Below are positions 24,572-24,764 of a DNA stretch of 24,764 bases, one piece after another (position 1 is the first letter of the stretch; the number at the start of each line of letters is the position of its first letter). A model generated the notes under the pieces. It was not told where the DNA came from. It searched no databases and saw only the letters and a program-made list of their open reading frames with translations. Made by a program: the position numbers and the translations under genes. The DNA is from Spirochaetia bacterium (GTDB lineage Bacteria; Spirochaetota; Spirochaetia; CADAEX01), in contig JAZURI010000006.1 of the NCBI GenBank assembly GCA_045606105.1, forward strand, positions 1 through 24,764, given 5' to 3'.

Positions 24572-24764
24572 CAGTATTCCTCCGGTATTCATGATTTCCG
24601 GACTGCTTTCCATTATGCTGTTGAGGATATCCCTTTTTGTCCTGTCAGTTCCGTCTCTTAAAAATATAACCCATTTCTCCAGTTCAGACAAGTTTTTTAT
24701 CTCCCTCTCTCCTATCTCCACCAGAGGCATCTGTATGAAGATTATCTGAAGCCTGTCGGTCAGC
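24347..24764 (-). CDS. Rpn family PD-(D/E)XK nuclease/putative transposase, C-terminal part (5' end outside window)
   Basis: Frame is open to the window edge (LTDRLQIIFIQMP); LEKWVIFL, GLEKGLEQGLEQ repeats, A..MK......I.EITGLS.EQI tail. Confidence 0.86.
   Translation of the reverse strand, partial: LTDRLQIIFIQMPLVEIGEREIKNLSELEKWVIFLRDGTDRTKRDILNSIMESSPEIMNTGGILMNISKDLKEWAIQESRIKGELDYQSGLLASYDTGLEKGLEQGLEQAARGMKAKNIPSETISEITGLSPEQIAAL

Overview
A gene-dense chromosomal window from an anaerobic bacterium, most likely a spirochaete. This is an inference from the archaeal-type PyrH, tRNA-Arg(GCG), GerMN protein, cyclophilin-FKBP fusion, Rpn gene and FFSC-type lipobox. In order it contains: the 3' end of a 5S rRNA; GNAT, ankyrin and yigZ genes; a PiT transporter; a GerMN protein; a CoA-disulfide reductase-rhodanese-TusA-DsrE fusion; a membrane protein-sensor kinase-NarL regulator-TAXI receptor operon; thioredoxin; three tRNAs; a repeat lipoprotein; pyrH; era; hsp20; a split metH operon with an ACT-like/MBL hydrolase; a dual PPIase; bioY with ECF A and T components; a GPH-type MFS transporter; a TPR protein; adk; and a partial Rpn nuclease. 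Reading beyond the ORF track gave these main observations: (1) a 59-aa minimal ferredoxin:thioredoxin reductase-like gene (9837..10016, CPC/CPC/CKC), missed by the track and coupled to thioredoxin; (2) a permease-less, divergent TAXI lipoprotein coupled to a two-component system; (3) an internal SD plus in-frame ATG in the Rpn gene, a candidate intragenic antitoxin; (4) a consensus sigma54 promoter with paired upstream activator-like sites at hsp20; (5) a sigma28-type promoter at the GerMN gene; (6) several apparently leaderless genes; (7) a G8 tract and RBS-sequestering hairpin before the repeat lipoprotein. All calls come from motif reading by eye; no database searches were run.
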